Position numbers and translations under genes: made by a program | Shown here: positions 48,485 to 59,058 of the stretch, one piece after another | Numbering within the stretch: the first letter of the stretch is position 1 | Layout: each line of letters starts with the position of its first letter | Source of the DNA: Sphaerochaeta sp. | GTDB lineage: Bacteria; Spirochaetota; Spirochaetia; Sphaerochaetales; Sphaerochaetaceae | Length of the DNA stretch: 64,000 nucleotides | Direction: 5' to 3' | NCBI GenBank assembly: GCA_050252715.1 | Contig: JBFWKK010000001.1 | Location: forward strand, 4,256-68,255 | The notes under the pieces: model-generated | Told to the model about the DNA's origin: nothing | The model's input: only the letters and a program-made list of their open reading frames with translations | The model's database searches: none

Positions 48485-49146
48485 GATGCATCCCCCTCGA
48501 GAATCCGTTTTACTTTCTCACAACAGAGAACGGGACTTGCAAGTACCGGTACCCCTGCCAGCTTCTCTGCTTCTTTTTGTAAATGGCCCATGGAAGCTTG
48601 TGCAAGGACGATGCAGTCATACCCTTTTACACGCTCGATCATCTCCAGTACCAATCGATTGTGCTTCTCCATGTCCCCAGAGCGCATGGCGGTGTAGGCA
48701 GGTTCATTATCCTCTGCATCCACTTCAATTTCCGTTCCTGCTATGCTGGCTTCCATCTTGAGTTTGCTGATGGTGGGCTCGAGGGTGCTCATGGCGGTGG
48801 CAACAACCTTGATCTTTCTTCCAATACGTACTGCCTGCTCACTCATCGCATCATCAATCGCTACTATAGGAACGTTGATGAACGGCCTGATGAGCTGAAC
48901 TGTCGGGGTGAGGGTCGAGCAAGTTACCACTATAACATCGGGTTTGGTCAGTTCACAGGATTGCAAGTCATTGAACAATCTTTTCCTGTTCTCCAAAGAA
49001 AAGTATCCAATCTCAGCTGGATCGTTGGCAAGAAAATCGTCAAGAATATTATGGATTTTCAACTCTTGTCCCACTACCTTCTGCAACAGTACCGGGAAAC
49101 TTTCCAACACCGGTCGAACCGTATGGATCAGTGCAACTCGTTTCAT
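48481..49146 (-). CDS. Asp/Glu/hydantoin racemase-like protein
   Basis: ALIHT, VTCST, IDDAM, IVLAQASM (second catalytic Cys replaced by Gln). Confidence 0.75.
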   Translation of the reverse strand: MKRVALIHTVRPVLESFPVLLQKVVGQELKIHNILDDFLANDPAEIGYFSLENRKRLFNDLQSCELTKPDVIVVTCSTLTPTVQLIRPFINVPIVAIDDAMSEQAVRIGRKIKVVATAMSTLEPTISKLKMEASIAGTEIEVDAEDNEPAYTAMRSGDMEKHNRLVLEMIERVKGYDCIVLAQASMGHLQKEAEKLAGVPVLASPVLCCEKVKRILEGDAS

Positions 49147-49270
49147 CTCATCGTCCCTCTTTCAATGCTTTCATTCTTATACTATGTATAAATCAGTGTA
49201 TCATAGAGATGAGGGATGAAAGAGAACCTCTTCCACCCCTCACTATCATTGCCACAATACTTGGAAATCC

Positions 49271-50269
49271 TTACTCAGACTTTCCGATTGACTCAAGGTA
49301 GTCAGCCTGGAACTTCATACCATACGCTCTGTAGGTATCGGTATCCATGAAATCGGGAACCAATTTCTGCTTCTCGATATAGCCTTTCTGCCAAGCTTCG
49401 GTATCGTTGACCTGCTTCATGATGTTGCTCCAGTAGTTGAGGGCAGCTTCACTCATGCTCTTGGGAGCAACGACAGATCTCCAGTTGGGAACCTCTACGT
49501 TCTCGTAACCGAGCTCGCTGAGGGTCGGAGCACCACTGAGGTTTCCAGGGAAGCGGCTGGTGGAAAGAGCCAGTACCGGGGTGAGCTTTCCAGCTTCAAC
49601 ATACTGGGATGCAGCTGCAGGCTTGGAGATCAAGAGGTCGAAGTGACCACCAAGGATTGCCGTGATAGCACCACTGGTTGCATCGTGGGCAATGTAGGAA
49701 AGCTGGTCCTGGGTTACCCCAAGTTCCTTGATAAGAGCAGCGTGACAAGCGATGTCATCACCCTTGGAACCGCCAAGAACCAATCTCTCACCATTCTTCA
49801 GTGCATTGATGATCTCTTCAGCACTCTTGTACTTGGAGGACTCACCGATGAAGATCAGGTGCTTGTCTACAGCCATGTGTGCAACAGGCTGGAAGTTCTG
49901 GAAACGGTTGGCAGTGTTCTTGACCATCGGCATCAAGTCACCACTGTTGAAGGTCAACAAAGTGTGGTCAGCCTGAACACCAGCTCTGATGTTGGAAACA
50001 AGCAGTCTACCAACCTCGCCGGCACCATCGGTCTTGTACTGAATGACAAAGTTTGCATCCTCGATCATTTCCTCTTCCACAATAATGTCAGTGATTGTGC
50101 GGGTGAAGATGTCGGAACCACCACCGGGGGAGCTGGTTACGTACCAATCGACGTTCCGGGTAGGAACGAAGGACTTCTCTGCACCATCTGCAACTTCAGC
50201 AGCACCGTTTGCGAAAACAGATACGCTCACCAACAAAGCCAAGGCCAATACTAGAGCAAATTTTCTCAT
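49271..50269 (-). CDS. tctC: Tripartite tricarboxylate transporter substrate-binding protein
   Basis: Signal peptide, SPGGGSDIFTR, APTLSELG, NWRSVVAP. Confidence 0.88.
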   Translation of the reverse strand: MRKFALVLALALLVSVSVFANGAAEVADGAEKSFVPTRNVDWYVTSSPGGGSDIFTRTITDIIVEEEMIEDANFVIQYKTDGAGEVGRLLVSNIRAGVQADHTLLTFNSGDLMPMVKNTANRFQNFQPVAHMAVDKHLIFIGESSKYKSAEEIINALKNGERLVLGGSKGDDIACHAALIKELGVTQDQLSYIAHDATSGAITAILGGHFDLLISKPAAASQYVEAGKLTPVLALSTSRFPGNLSGAPTLSELGYENVEVPNWRSVVAPKSMSEAALNYWSNIMKQVNDTEAWQKGYIEKQKLVPDFMDTDTYRAYGMKFQADYLESIGKSE

Positions 50270-50349
50270 TTCTCTATCTCCTCTTTGTTTCTCGTGGGAT
50301 ACCTTCCCACATTTTCCAATATCCAATTCCTCTTACGAGGATGAAATCC

Positions 50350-51858
50350 TTATTTTCTGCGAACTGAGACCTTTCTGAGTATGAACTTCACCACAGGGGT
50401 CAGGACGATCGCAAGCAGCACCAGCAAAAGAACGGCTGAGATGGGCTTCTCAACGAAGATACCCAATCCACCATTGCTGATGATGAATGCCTTACGCATA
50501 TTCGACTCGAGCAGCGGGGCCAAGACAAAGGAGAGGAGCATCGGAGCAACTCCGTATCCATTTCTGTCAAGAATGTACCCGAACAAGCCTGAGAGGAACA
50601 TAATGATCACGCCATACATGGAATTGCTGGTACTGTAGCCGCCAACCACACAGACGACGGTAATGATCGGGATCAAAATTCGGACCGGCACGGTGAGAAT
50701 CTTGATCAGGAATGGAATAACTCCCAAGGAAATGAACAGGGTAAGCAGGTTCGCAAGGAACAAGCTGGCGATCAAACCCCAGGCAAAATCAGGATTGCTG
50801 GAGAAAAGCAGCGGCCCAGGATTCAGACCCCACATCATTAAGCCTCCAAGCAAGACTGCACCGGTACCACTTCCAGGAATGCCCAAGGCAAGCAAGGGAG
50901 CAAAAGACCCAGCGGCAGCTGCGTTGTTTGCAGCCTCACAGCTTGCAATCCCTTCGATTGCACCACTACCAAGCGGATCCTCACTCTTGAAGGCTTTCTG
51001 CGCTGCATAGCCAAGGAATGCTCCGGTTGTAGCACCAGCTCCGGGAAGCACTCCAACAAAGGTTCCCATAAAACCACTGCGTAGGGCTGGAGGAACCAAG
51101 CGACGTACATCATGGAGGGTCAGCATAGAACCCTTGATCGTCAGCTTCTGGTTCAGGTTTGCTTCAATTTTCTTGTTTCGCTCAGCCATCAGCTTGAGCA
51201 CTTGGCTGAACCCAACCGACCCGATGACGAACGGAGTAAAAGGAATGCCCCCTAGCAGATACATGTTGCCGAAGTCGTAACGGGGGCTTCCTGTAAGAGT
51301 ATCCATACCCATGGTAGCCAGAAGGATACCAACCATGGTCAGTACCACACCTTTTGTCGGACTCTCTCCGACAAGCCAGCCAATGGAAGTCATGGCAACC
51401 AATAGAAGCGATGTCATCTCAGCTGGGCCGAACTTGAGTCCAAGCTCAGCAAGGGCAGGCCCCATGAAGGTCAAGATGATCATCCCGATGAAACCACCGA
51501 TAAAGGAGGAGAGGTTTGACGTGAACAGAGCCTGGCCAGGACGGTTTCTTTTGGTTGCCATCGGGTAGCCATCCAGGGCGGTCATGACCGCCGGAGAGTC
51601 GCCAGGAATGTTCAGGAGGATTGCACTGAAGGACCCCCCATACATATTGGAGTAGTACAACGCACCAAGCATGATGATTGCGGTGGTTGGATTGAACTTA
51701 TAGGTAAGGGGAAGCAGCAAAGCAACCCCTGCAAGGGAACCAATGCCAGGCATGGCTCCGACGATGAGGCCGAGCACTGCACCAAGCATGGTTACCATAA
51801 TATTCTGGAAGGTAAGGACTACTGAAAAGCCCATGAACAGCATTTCTAGATTTTCCAT
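50350..51858 (-). CDS. tctA: Tripartite tricarboxylate transporter permease
   Basis: GAMPG, YGGS..AILLNIPG, LDGYPMA, EAANNAA, LGIPGS. Confidence 0.93.
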   Translation of the reverse strand: MENLEMLFMGFSVVLTFQNIMVTMLGAVLGLIVGAMPGIGSLAGVALLLPLTYKFNPTTAIIMLGALYYSNMYGGSFSAILLNIPGDSPAVMTALDGYPMATKRNRPGQALFTSNLSSFIGGFIGMIILTFMGPALAELGLKFGPAEMTSLLLVAMTSIGWLVGESPTKGVVLTMVGILLATMGMDTLTGSPRYDFGNMYLLGGIPFTPFVIGSVGFSQVLKLMAERNKKIEANLNQKLTIKGSMLTLHDVRRLVPPALRSGFMGTFVGVLPGAGATTGAFLGYAAQKAFKSEDPLGSGAIEGIASCEAANNAAAAGSFAPLLALGIPGSGTGAVLLGGLMMWGLNPGPLLFSSNPDFAWGLIASLFLANLLTLFISLGVIPFLIKILTVPVRILIPIITVVCVVGGYSTSNSMYGVIIMFLSGLFGYILDRNGYGVAPMLLSFVLAPLLESNMRKAFIISNGGLGIFVEKPISAVLLLVLLAIVLTPVVKFILRKVSVRRK

Positions 51859-51868
51859 TGTTTGCTCC

Positions 51869-52327
51869 TCAGTATGCGATCCAGTTGTAAATGATTCCCT
51901 TCGGGAAAGGAACTGCGAGCCACATGACGAAGGCTCCAATTACAATGGCCATGATGACAGCCAACCCTATAAGGGTAGTCTTCCAACTATATTTCTCGTA
52001 CCACTTGAGCCACAGCACCACGAATATGGCGAGGCTTGGCAGCATGCCAATAACCAGTGTGGCAAGCATAATGGCAACAACGCCCAGAGCAGGATACCAA
52101 CTCTCAATCGGGTAGGTAGTCTTTGCCTCCTTGAACGAGCCAAGGAATGCAATAAGACTCAAGGCAAGCAATGCAAACCCAATGATGGTGGGAAAAAAGC
52201 CTGGAAGAGGACCTCTGACTTCATGCCAGAACCCATACTTGGTGATCCCGAGATAGATGAACAGCACCGCAATCACAGCCGTAACAACGGGAATCACCAA
52301 CTGACTCGTAACCTTTTTCAACTGCAT
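51869..52327 (-). CDS. tctB: Tripartite tricarboxylate transporter small subunit
   Basis: PGFFP and F..WLAVPFPKG motifs, 4 TMs. Confidence 0.88.
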   Translation of the reverse strand: MQLKKVTSQLVIPVVTAVIAVLFIYLGITKYGFWHEVRGPLPGFFPTIIGFALLALSLIAFLGSFKEAKTTYPIESWYPALGVVAIMLATLVIGMLPSLAIFVVLWLKWYEKYSWKTTLIGLAVIMAIVIGAFVMWLAVPFPKGIIYNWIAY

Positions 52328-52341
52328 ATTCCTCTCTCTCC

Positions 52342-53349
52342 TTACGCCTGCTGACGCAGATGGTTGGCCATACGGGAGGCCATCTTCACTGCATTCTCAA
52401 AAGCGCTGGTTTTTACAACACCGGTTCCGGCAATATCATAGGCTGTACCATGTGCACAGGTCACGATAGGGGCAGGAAGACCACCGGCAATGGTAATGCC
52501 TTCGTCGAAACCTCGAAGCTTCAAGGCAATCTGTCCCTGGTCATGATACATGGTCACAACCCCATCAAAATCGCCACGGAAAGCCTTAATGAATGTGATG
52601 TCACTTGGATAGGGACCCGTTGCATCAATACCCATCTCCCTTGCTTTCTCAATAGCCGGTGTGATGACATCTATCTCCTCACGGCCACAGAGCCCGTTCT
52701 CCCCAGCATGGGGATTCAAGGCAGCCAAGGCAAGACGAGGATTGGCTATTCCACTATTCTTCAAGGATGTATTGGCAAGGCGTACAGCACGAAGGATGCT
52801 TTCAACCGTCAAGTTCTTGCTTACTTCACTGATGGGAATATGGCTGGTGGTACGGGTTGTCCAGAGGTCCCCTACCACGTTTATCTCACCGAAGGGTTCA
52901 GTATGGTTGAAGAGCTGAGCGAGGAAGTGGTGTTCGCTCTCAACCTTGCTTCCAGCCTGCTTGAGTCCTGCCTTGTGGAATGGGGCAAAACAGAACCCTT
53001 CAATCTTCTTTTCCTTGTAGAGTTGCACACCAAGAGTGAGTGCATTCAGGTTTGCTTTTCCAGCTTCTACAGTCAGCTTTCCAAACTCGACAACAGATGG
53101 ATCCTGATCCTTCTGGTCGAGAACAGGAAGACCCTTCTGCCAGTCTGCATCTACAACATCACCGATTACCTGCAAGGGAACTGAAGAACCGATTACCGAG
53201 AATGCACGTTCAAGTATTCGCACATCTCCAATGACTACTGGTCTGCAATACTGCTCAAAAAAACCACCCGCAGCCAGCTTGGCAATGATCTCAGGTCCGA
53301 CACCGGCACCATCACCGGTCAATATTCCCAACACAGGTTTATCATTCAT
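52342..53349 (-). CDS. PdxA-family dehydrogenase, atypical active-site residues
   Basis: GD.AGVGPEI, T.H, LNPHAGE, MYHDQG, HGTAYDIAG. Confidence 0.88.
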   Translation of the reverse strand: MNDKPVLGILTGDGAGVGPEIIAKLAAGGFFEQYCRPVVIGDVRILERAFSVIGSSVPLQVIGDVVDADWQKGLPVLDQKDQDPSVVEFGKLTVEAGKANLNALTLGVQLYKEKKIEGFCFAPFHKAGLKQAGSKVESEHHFLAQLFNHTEPFGEINVVGDLWTTRTTSHIPISEVSKNLTVESILRAVRLANTSLKNSGIANPRLALAALNPHAGENGLCGREEIDVITPAIEKAREMGIDATGPYPSDITFIKAFRGDFDGVVTMYHDQGQIALKLRGFDEGITIAGGLPAPIVTCAHGTAYDIAGTGVVKTSAFENAVKMASRMANHLRQQA

Positions 53350-53409
53350 GGATTACTCCCCTTCTTACATTCTGTGAATAACGATGGTCGTCATTCCGGC
53401 AATACAGGA

Positions 53410-53425
53410 AGCAACTAGTGTGCCA
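53410..53425 (-). promoter_or_regulatory. sigma54 promoter of the pdxA-like/tct operon
   Basis: Minus strand TGGCACACTAGTTGCT about 60 nt upstream of the start codon. Confidence 0.88.
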
Positions 53426-53550
53426 AGTTTTCATTCTATTGTATACAATCTTTTAAAATGTACGGTTTTGTATACACACATCTCTTCTCTTGACAACTAA
53501 ATACAAAAATTTCTCATAGTTTTCTAAAAATTTCTAAGACTTTTTTTACA

Positions 53551-53606
53551 TGTTTCAATGTTTCACATAATATGTTTCATGTTTCAAATGAAACATATAT
53601 GAAACA
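53551..53606. promoter_or_regulatory. Putative PrpR-type enhancer array
   Basis: TGTTTCA x4 and TGAAACA x2, including palindrome ATGTTTCA-AA-TGAAACAT (53579-53596). Confidence 0.65.
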
Positions 53607-53609
53607 TTC

Positions 53610-55487
53610 CTATCCTTCGAACTGAGAAAATTTTCTCCATAGGGTTGTTCTGCTAATTCCTTGCTGCTTTGCGAACTCCTCGCGGGTCAAACCACTGGAG
53701 AGAAACTGCTCATACAGTTCATGGTCAGAACGCTTTTTCTTGCTTCTTCTTGGTTTTTCGCTCTCCAAACCCTCCAAATACAGCCCAGTTGAGCTGATAT
53801 CCAGTTGCTCTATCTCATGGACACCGATATGAACAGAAGTATGGAGAATTGCCAGACGTTCAGCAGCATTACGAAGCTCTCTGATATTCCCCGGCCAGTA
53901 GAACTGACGGAGCATCTCCATTGCTTGCTCATCCATGGTGACCCTCGGCAACCCATGTCGTTCACAATACTGATCGACAAAATGTGAGAAAAGCAGGCCA
54001 ATGTCCTCCGGGCGTTTACGTAAGGGGATCAACATAAGGCTCAACAAGCTGATTCGGTAAAAGAGATCAAGACGGAAGGACCCATCCTGCACCTTCTGCA
54101 GGATTGTATCGTTGGCAGCACTGATAACCCTGACATCAACAGGGACAACCATATCAGCACCTACTCGCCTAACCTCCCGCTCCTGGAGCACACGGAGGAG
54201 TTTGGCTTGCACGACTATCGGCATCTCTGCTATTTCATCGAGGAAGATGGTGCCCTTATGCGCCAATTCAAACAAGCCAGGCTTTCCTCCCTTGCTTGCA
54301 CCGGTGAAGGCTCCCTCAGCGTAACCGAACAACTCACTCTCCAGCAGCTGTTCAGGCAGTGCCGCACAATTCACCGCAACAAACGGCTGCGAGGCACGCG
54401 CAGATGCATTGTGGATGCTTTGTGCAAACAGCTCCTTTCCTGTACCGGTCTCCCCCAATAAAAGAACGGCACCTGGAACTTGACTGAACCGCCTAGCCTT
54501 ATCGACAAGAGAACGCATATGTCCACTCTGGGTAACAATATTCTCGAACGTATATTTTGCCACCAAGCCCTTCTTGCTCAGCTCTGTTCTGATCATATGT
54601 TCGGTCTGCTGGATTGCCTCGGTATTCTGGTAGGTAAAAAGAAACCCGGATGTCTCCTCATCCATGCTGATCGGTTGTTGGGTTACAAGATACTGCTTGC
54701 CAGCTATAGGGACTACAACTTCACGTTTACCGGATTTCAGATTCAGGTCCCACTTCCCTGACCAGTAGACATCGGAAAGCTGCCTGCCAACCAGTTCCTT
54801 GCTCCCAAAGAGCTGCTCAGCCTGACGGTTTGCTGCAATAATGGTAGAACTGCTATTGATGGCAAGTAATGCGTATGCTGCATTGTTGAGGAGCGTCCCG
54901 AGAAGGTTCCCTCGAGTCTGCGCCCGCTCAAGGGAGCGTGCTGCAGCAACTGCCTCTGCAACGGCGTGGACCACCGCCTGATACCCACTCTTGACGTGTA
55001 CATGGGAAAAACCACGCTCCTCACAGAGCCGGCACATCGTCAATCCTCCGACAAAGATGGAACAACCTTTTCTTGCAAGATGTGAAAGACCTACCTCAAC
55101 ATCCTTTTCATCGGTGACTTGAAAGATGGAGACCGGCTGACCTACCAAGGTGCTGATCACCTCCTGGTCGCACAACTGTTCATTGGTGACCACTCCGATA
55201 GGGGCATCTGGTTTCATTTTCTTTGCCTGGGCGAGTGCGCTCAACAGATCGGCACTGCTTAAAGCGATAGGCACCACATGCACCGATGGCTTTAGATGGG
55301 CGATTGCCTGGGCAGTGATACCACGTGCAACAATAATATCGGCAGCCAGCGGGGCAATCTTCTGGGGATCACTTCCAAAGATATGGGTGGTGCGCACGTC
55401 AATGGTATCCAGGTCATAACTCTGGACTACTTGATCGAATGCTTCTTGCAACTCTTGATAGGGTACGACAATCAAAATCTTAATCAA
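53610..55487 (-). CDS. PrpR-like sigma54-dependent activator (PrpR_N, PAS, AAA+, HTH)
   Basis: [48 protein letters not shown]. Confidence 0.92.
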   Translation of the reverse strand: MIKILIVVPYQELQEAFDQVVQSYDLDTIDVRTTHIFGSDPQKIAPLAADIIVARGITAQAIAHLKPSVHVVPIALSSADLLSALAQAKKMKPDAPIGVVTNEQLCDQEVISTLVGQPVSIFQVTDEKDVEVGLSHLARKGCSIFVGGLTMCRLCEERGFSHVHVKSGYQAVVHAVAEAVAAARSLERAQTRGNLLGTLLNNAAYALLAINSSSTIIAANRQAEQLFGSKELVGRQLSDVYWSGKWDLNLKSGKREVVVPIAGKQYLVTQQPISMDEETSGFLFTYQNTEAIQQTEHMIRTELSKKGLVAKYTFENIVTQSGHMRSLVDKARRFSQVPGAVLLLGETGTGKELFAQSIHNASARASQPFVAVNCAALPEQLLESELFGYAEGAFTGASKGGKPGLFELAHKGTIFLDEIAEMPIVVQAKLLRVLQEREVRRVGADMVVPVDVRVISAANDTILQKVQDGSFRLDLFYRISLLSLMLIPLRKRPEDIGLLFSHFVDQYCERHGLPRVTMDEQAMEMLRQFYWPGNIRELRNAAERLAILHTSVHIGVHEIEQLDISSTGLYLEGLESEKPRRSKKKRSDHELYEQFLSSGLTREEFAKQQGISRTTLWRKFSQFEG

Positions 55488-55561
55488 TGTGACACCTCGC
55501 CAAGAGTGTAACACAAGCGCTTCTCTTTACAAAGCCGGTCTGCTCTTGGTATTGTCCGGCT

Positions 55562-56071
55562 ATGAATATCCTGCAATATCTCTTATTGGTCCTGCTTGTC
55601 ATCATTACCGCGGTCAATCTCTATGCCTTGACCATCGGAAAGAAAAATCGTACCCGCGCAGCGGCAAACTACCGCCTTACCCTACAGAAACTGGGGGCAA
55701 GAACCAATGATCTTATGAAAGAACATGGGTATGACTTTGACGATCGTCATGGATACATCAATGACCTTGGAGACGGCATTCTTCTCTGTTTCGATACCAA
55801 GAAGCAGGTTGTTGGCATTACCTTGGCTGAAGAGTTCTATCATTTTCCATGCAACGCTTTTGTCTCCTGCAAACAAACATATGAGATGCCAGAGAAACAT
55901 AAGCTCTCCGGCATCTCCGTTGTCATTGAAACACACGATACGATTATTACCTTGGTATTCGGCTCAAAGGCTTGGAGGAAAAACTCCTATTTGGGGAAAT
56001 TCCTCCTCCAGGATTCCAAGGAGTTCTGCACCATCCTTGAAAGCCACTGCTCTGTGAGCGAACAGCAATAA
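55562..56071 (+). CDS. Hypothetical membrane-anchored protein
   Basis: N-terminal TM, 169 aa ORF filling the gap. Confidence 0.65.
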   Translation: MNILQYLLLVLLVIITAVNLYALTIGKKNRTRAAANYRLTLQKLGARTNDLMKEHGYDFDDRHGYINDLGDGILLCFDTKKQVVGITLAEEFYHFPCNAFVSCKQTYEMPEKHKLSGISVVIETHDTIITLVFGSKAWRKNSYLGKFLLQDSKEFCTILESHCSVSEQQ

Positions 56072-56072
56072 C

Positions 56073-56957
56073 CTATGTTGCGCTCTGGTCTAAAATATGT
56101 ACATCCAACTGGTTGAAAGGAACTGAGATTCCAACCTCAGCGAGACGATCAACGATCTCACCCTGGAATCTCCAATGAACCTTCCAGAAATCTTCTGGTT
56201 TGGTCCAAGGCCGAACCGCGAAGTCTATGGAGGAGGCAGCAAGGGTGTTCACCTCTACCATGGGAGCAGGCTCGGGAAGAATCTCACTGTATGAATTGAG
56301 AATTTTCCAGATGGTATCCTTCGCCAACTGTATGTTGGTCCCATACGCAACACTGACCGTAAGGCCAAGTCTTCTTCGGTCAACATTGGAGTAGTTCACA
56401 ATAGGGCTTCCCCAAACAAGCTTGTTGGCGATAGTGATCTTCCTATTGTCAGGCGTTGAGAGAATGACACAGATCATGTCCATATCACTCACAGAACCAC
56501 TGAACGATCCTGTCTCGATGTAGTCACCAATCCTGAAGGGAGCATTGATGACAATCATCATACCACTGAGCAGATTACCGATGGTATCCTGGAATGCAAA
56601 CCCAAGGACAACTCCAGTGATGCCAAGTCCGGCAAGCACAGGACCCATATCGAGGCCAAGTCTGCCAAGGAATGCAATGATGAGGAAGATCCATCCGATC
56701 ACATTCACCAGTTTCAAGATGAAACGGGCCATCAGGTCATTTATCTTCTTGGAACGGTCAAGTACGCGTTTAAGCATTCGAGAAATGCCGATGATCACCA
56801 GTTTACCGATGAGAACAATGAGCAATCCAACCGCAACGTTTACCAGGAATTCAACGGGACCAATCTGAATCCAGCTATCAATCTTCTCCATAAAGCGACC
56901 AAAAGCGGAACTTTCAGCAACAGCTTCACTGCTAAGGGCCATGAGATTTGAAATCAT
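56073..56957 (-). CDS. mscS: Small-conductance mechanosensitive channel
   Basis: LAGLGI.G...GFAFQDT.GN..SG, PFRIGD, PFNQLDVH. Confidence 0.92.
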   Translation of the reverse strand: MISNLMALSSEAVAESSAFGRFMEKIDSWIQIGPVEFLVNVAVGLLIVLIGKLVIIGISRMLKRVLDRSKKINDLMARFILKLVNVIGWIFLIIAFLGRLGLDMGPVLAGLGITGVVLGFAFQDTIGNLLSGMMIVINAPFRIGDYIETGSFSGSVSDMDMICVILSTPDNRKITIANKLVWGSPIVNYSNVDRRRLGLTVSVAYGTNIQLAKDTIWKILNSYSEILPEPAPMVEVNTLAASSIDFAVRPWTKPEDFWKVHWRFQGEIVDRLAEVGISVPFNQLDVHILDQSAT

Positions 56958-57006
56958 AGTGCTACTTCCTTTTTCTGTAGTATATAAAACACTACCATCG
57001 GTGAAG

Positions 57007-57043
57007 AAAAAAAACAAGGTGAAGAAAAAGACTCTTCACCTTG
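57007..57043 (-). terminator. Intrinsic terminator of htpG
   Basis: CAAGGTGAAGA/TCTTCACCTTG stem with T8 on the minus strand. Confidence 0.75.
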
Positions 57044-57069
57044 CGATATAAGTAATTAAATACCGTCTA

Positions 57070-58956
57070 TTATGTAGACAAAAGCGTATGGAGCCGTTTT
57101 GCAAACCCGACAGGATCCTTGGGCATGACGCCCTCGGAGAGCAGTGCCTGATCAAGCAGCACCGAGCTCAGCTGTTCGATGAACTGTTCATCGTCACTGT
57201 TCTCAATCTTTTTGACCATCGGATCATCAACATTAATCTCAAGAATCGGCTTTGCTTCCTCAAAGTCACTCTGGCCCATGCTCTTGAGAATCTGCTGCAT
57301 CTGCACTGAGGGATCGTTCTCATCAACGACAACCACGGCAGGAGAATCAGAGAGACGGGTGGAAGCAACTACGTCCTTCACCTTGTCTCCAAGAGCTTTT
57401 TTCACCTTCTTGATGAGCGCCTTGGACTCTTTTGATTCCTTCTTCTTCTCGCCTTCTTCCTTCAAGTCATCAACAGCTCCGCTCTTGTTGATTGCCTTCA
57501 AGGGCAGTTCCTTGTAGGTTCCGATCGAGCCCACCACAATATCGTCGATATCATCGCTCATGATCAGAACCTCATAGCCCTTCTTCCGGTAGGCTTCAAG
57601 CAAGGGACTTGCCTTGAGCGTCTCTTCCTTGCCTCCTGCAATGTAGAAGATGGACTTCTGCTCACTCTTCATCCGCTCCTTGTAGGAAGCAAGACTTACA
57701 TAGCCATCCTCAGTGGAACTCTTGAAACGAACCAAATCGAGCAAGGCATCGCGGTTTGCATAGTCGCTGTAAAGGCCTTCCTTCAGCGGGCGGTTGTACT
57801 GCTCAATGAACTTCCCGTAGAGATCTGGGTTCTGTTCACTGATTTTCTGGAACTCGCCCAGCAATTTCTTTACTGAAGCAGTGCGAATCGCGTTCATCAC
57901 GCGGTTCTGCTGTAATATCTCACGGCTCACGTTCAGTGGGAGGTCCTCGCTGTCGATTACACCACGTACGAAGCGAAGATAGGAAGGAAGCAGTTCTTTG
58001 TCGTCATCGGTGATGTAGACACGCTTCACATACAGTTTTACCCCAGGCTTGTAGTCGGCATAGTACATGTCAAAGGGAGCCTTGCTCGGGATATAGAAGA
58101 GCGTGATATACTCGGTTGCACCCTCTGCACGGGTATGCAGGTAGAACAAGGGGTCTTCACTGTCATAACTGCTCTGCTTGTAGAACTCCTTGTATTCCTC
58201 ATCGGTCAGCTCACTCTTGCTTCGTCTCCAAAGGGCTGATGAGCTATTGATCTGCTCGATTTTATGCTCAACCTTCTTCAGAGGGTTGCCTTCCTTGTCC
58301 TTCTTTTTGTCATCGTAGGATGTCTGGTCGTAGGAGAGGAAAATCGGGTAGGCAATGTGGTCGCTATACTTCTTGACCAGCTGTTCAATCTGCCAGCGGT
58401 TGGCGTACTCACTGCCTTCCTCGTTCAAGTATAGGACAATGGTTGTACCCTGACTTTCACGTTCTGCTTCCTCAAGGGTAAACGTACCCTTACCAGTACT
58501 GCTCCACTTCCAGGCCTGTTCCTCACCGGCCTTTCGGCTGACAACCTCAACTTTCTTGGCAACCATGAAGGCACTATAGAACCCTACACCAAACTGGCCG
58601 ATAAGGTTGCTGTCCTTCTTTTGCTCATCGGTGAGAGAAGCCAAGAACTTCTTGGTTCCGCTGGATGCAATGGTACCCAGGTTGTCCGCCAAGTCGTCGT
58701 GGCCCATACCGAGTCCGTTGTCACGAATGGTGAGCGTGCGGTCCTCACCCTCCTCTGTAAAGGAGATGTCGATGCGCGGCTCAAATGCTAGGTCCTTGAG
58801 CTTGTCATCGGTAAGGGTGAGATACTTGAGTTTGTCCAGTGCATCGGACGAGTTGGATACCAGCTCGCGCAGGAAGATTTCCTTATGGGAATAGAGCGAG
58901 TGGATAATCAGGTGAAGTAGCTCAGATACTTCAGTTTTGAACTTCTTTTGTTCCAT
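57070..58956 (-). CDS. htpG: Chaperone HtpG (Hsp90)
   Basis: YSHKEIFLRELVSNSSDA, DNGLGM, IGQFGVGFYSAF, DSEDLPLNVSRE. Confidence 0.97.
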   Translation of the reverse strand: MEQKKFKTEVSELLHLIIHSLYSHKEIFLRELVSNSSDALDKLKYLTLTDDKLKDLAFEPRIDISFTEEGEDRTLTIRDNGLGMGHDDLADNLGTIASSGTKKFLASLTDEQKKDSNLIGQFGVGFYSAFMVAKKVEVVSRKAGEEQAWKWSSTGKGTFTLEEAERESQGTTIVLYLNEEGSEYANRWQIEQLVKKYSDHIAYPIFLSYDQTSYDDKKKDKEGNPLKKVEHKIEQINSSSALWRRSKSELTDEEYKEFYKQSSYDSEDPLFYLHTRAEGATEYITLFYIPSKAPFDMYYADYKPGVKLYVKRVYITDDDKELLPSYLRFVRGVIDSEDLPLNVSREILQQNRVMNAIRTASVKKLLGEFQKISEQNPDLYGKFIEQYNRPLKEGLYSDYANRDALLDLVRFKSSTEDGYVSLASYKERMKSEQKSIFYIAGGKEETLKASPLLEAYRKKGYEVLIMSDDIDDIVVGSIGTYKELPLKAINKSGAVDDLKEEGEKKKESKESKALIKKVKKALGDKVKDVVASTRLSDSPAVVVVDENDPSVQMQQILKSMGQSDFEEAKPILEINVDDPMVKKIENSDDEQFIEQLSSVLLDQALLSEGVMPKDPVGFAKRLHTLLST

Positions 58957-59058
58957 GGTTGAATAATACCTCCAAAGGGATATAGGCAAACATACTGATT
59001 TTTCACCGTAACGGCAATTGTTCCTTAACAAAATCCGCTAGGTGGGATATGCTTGGGC

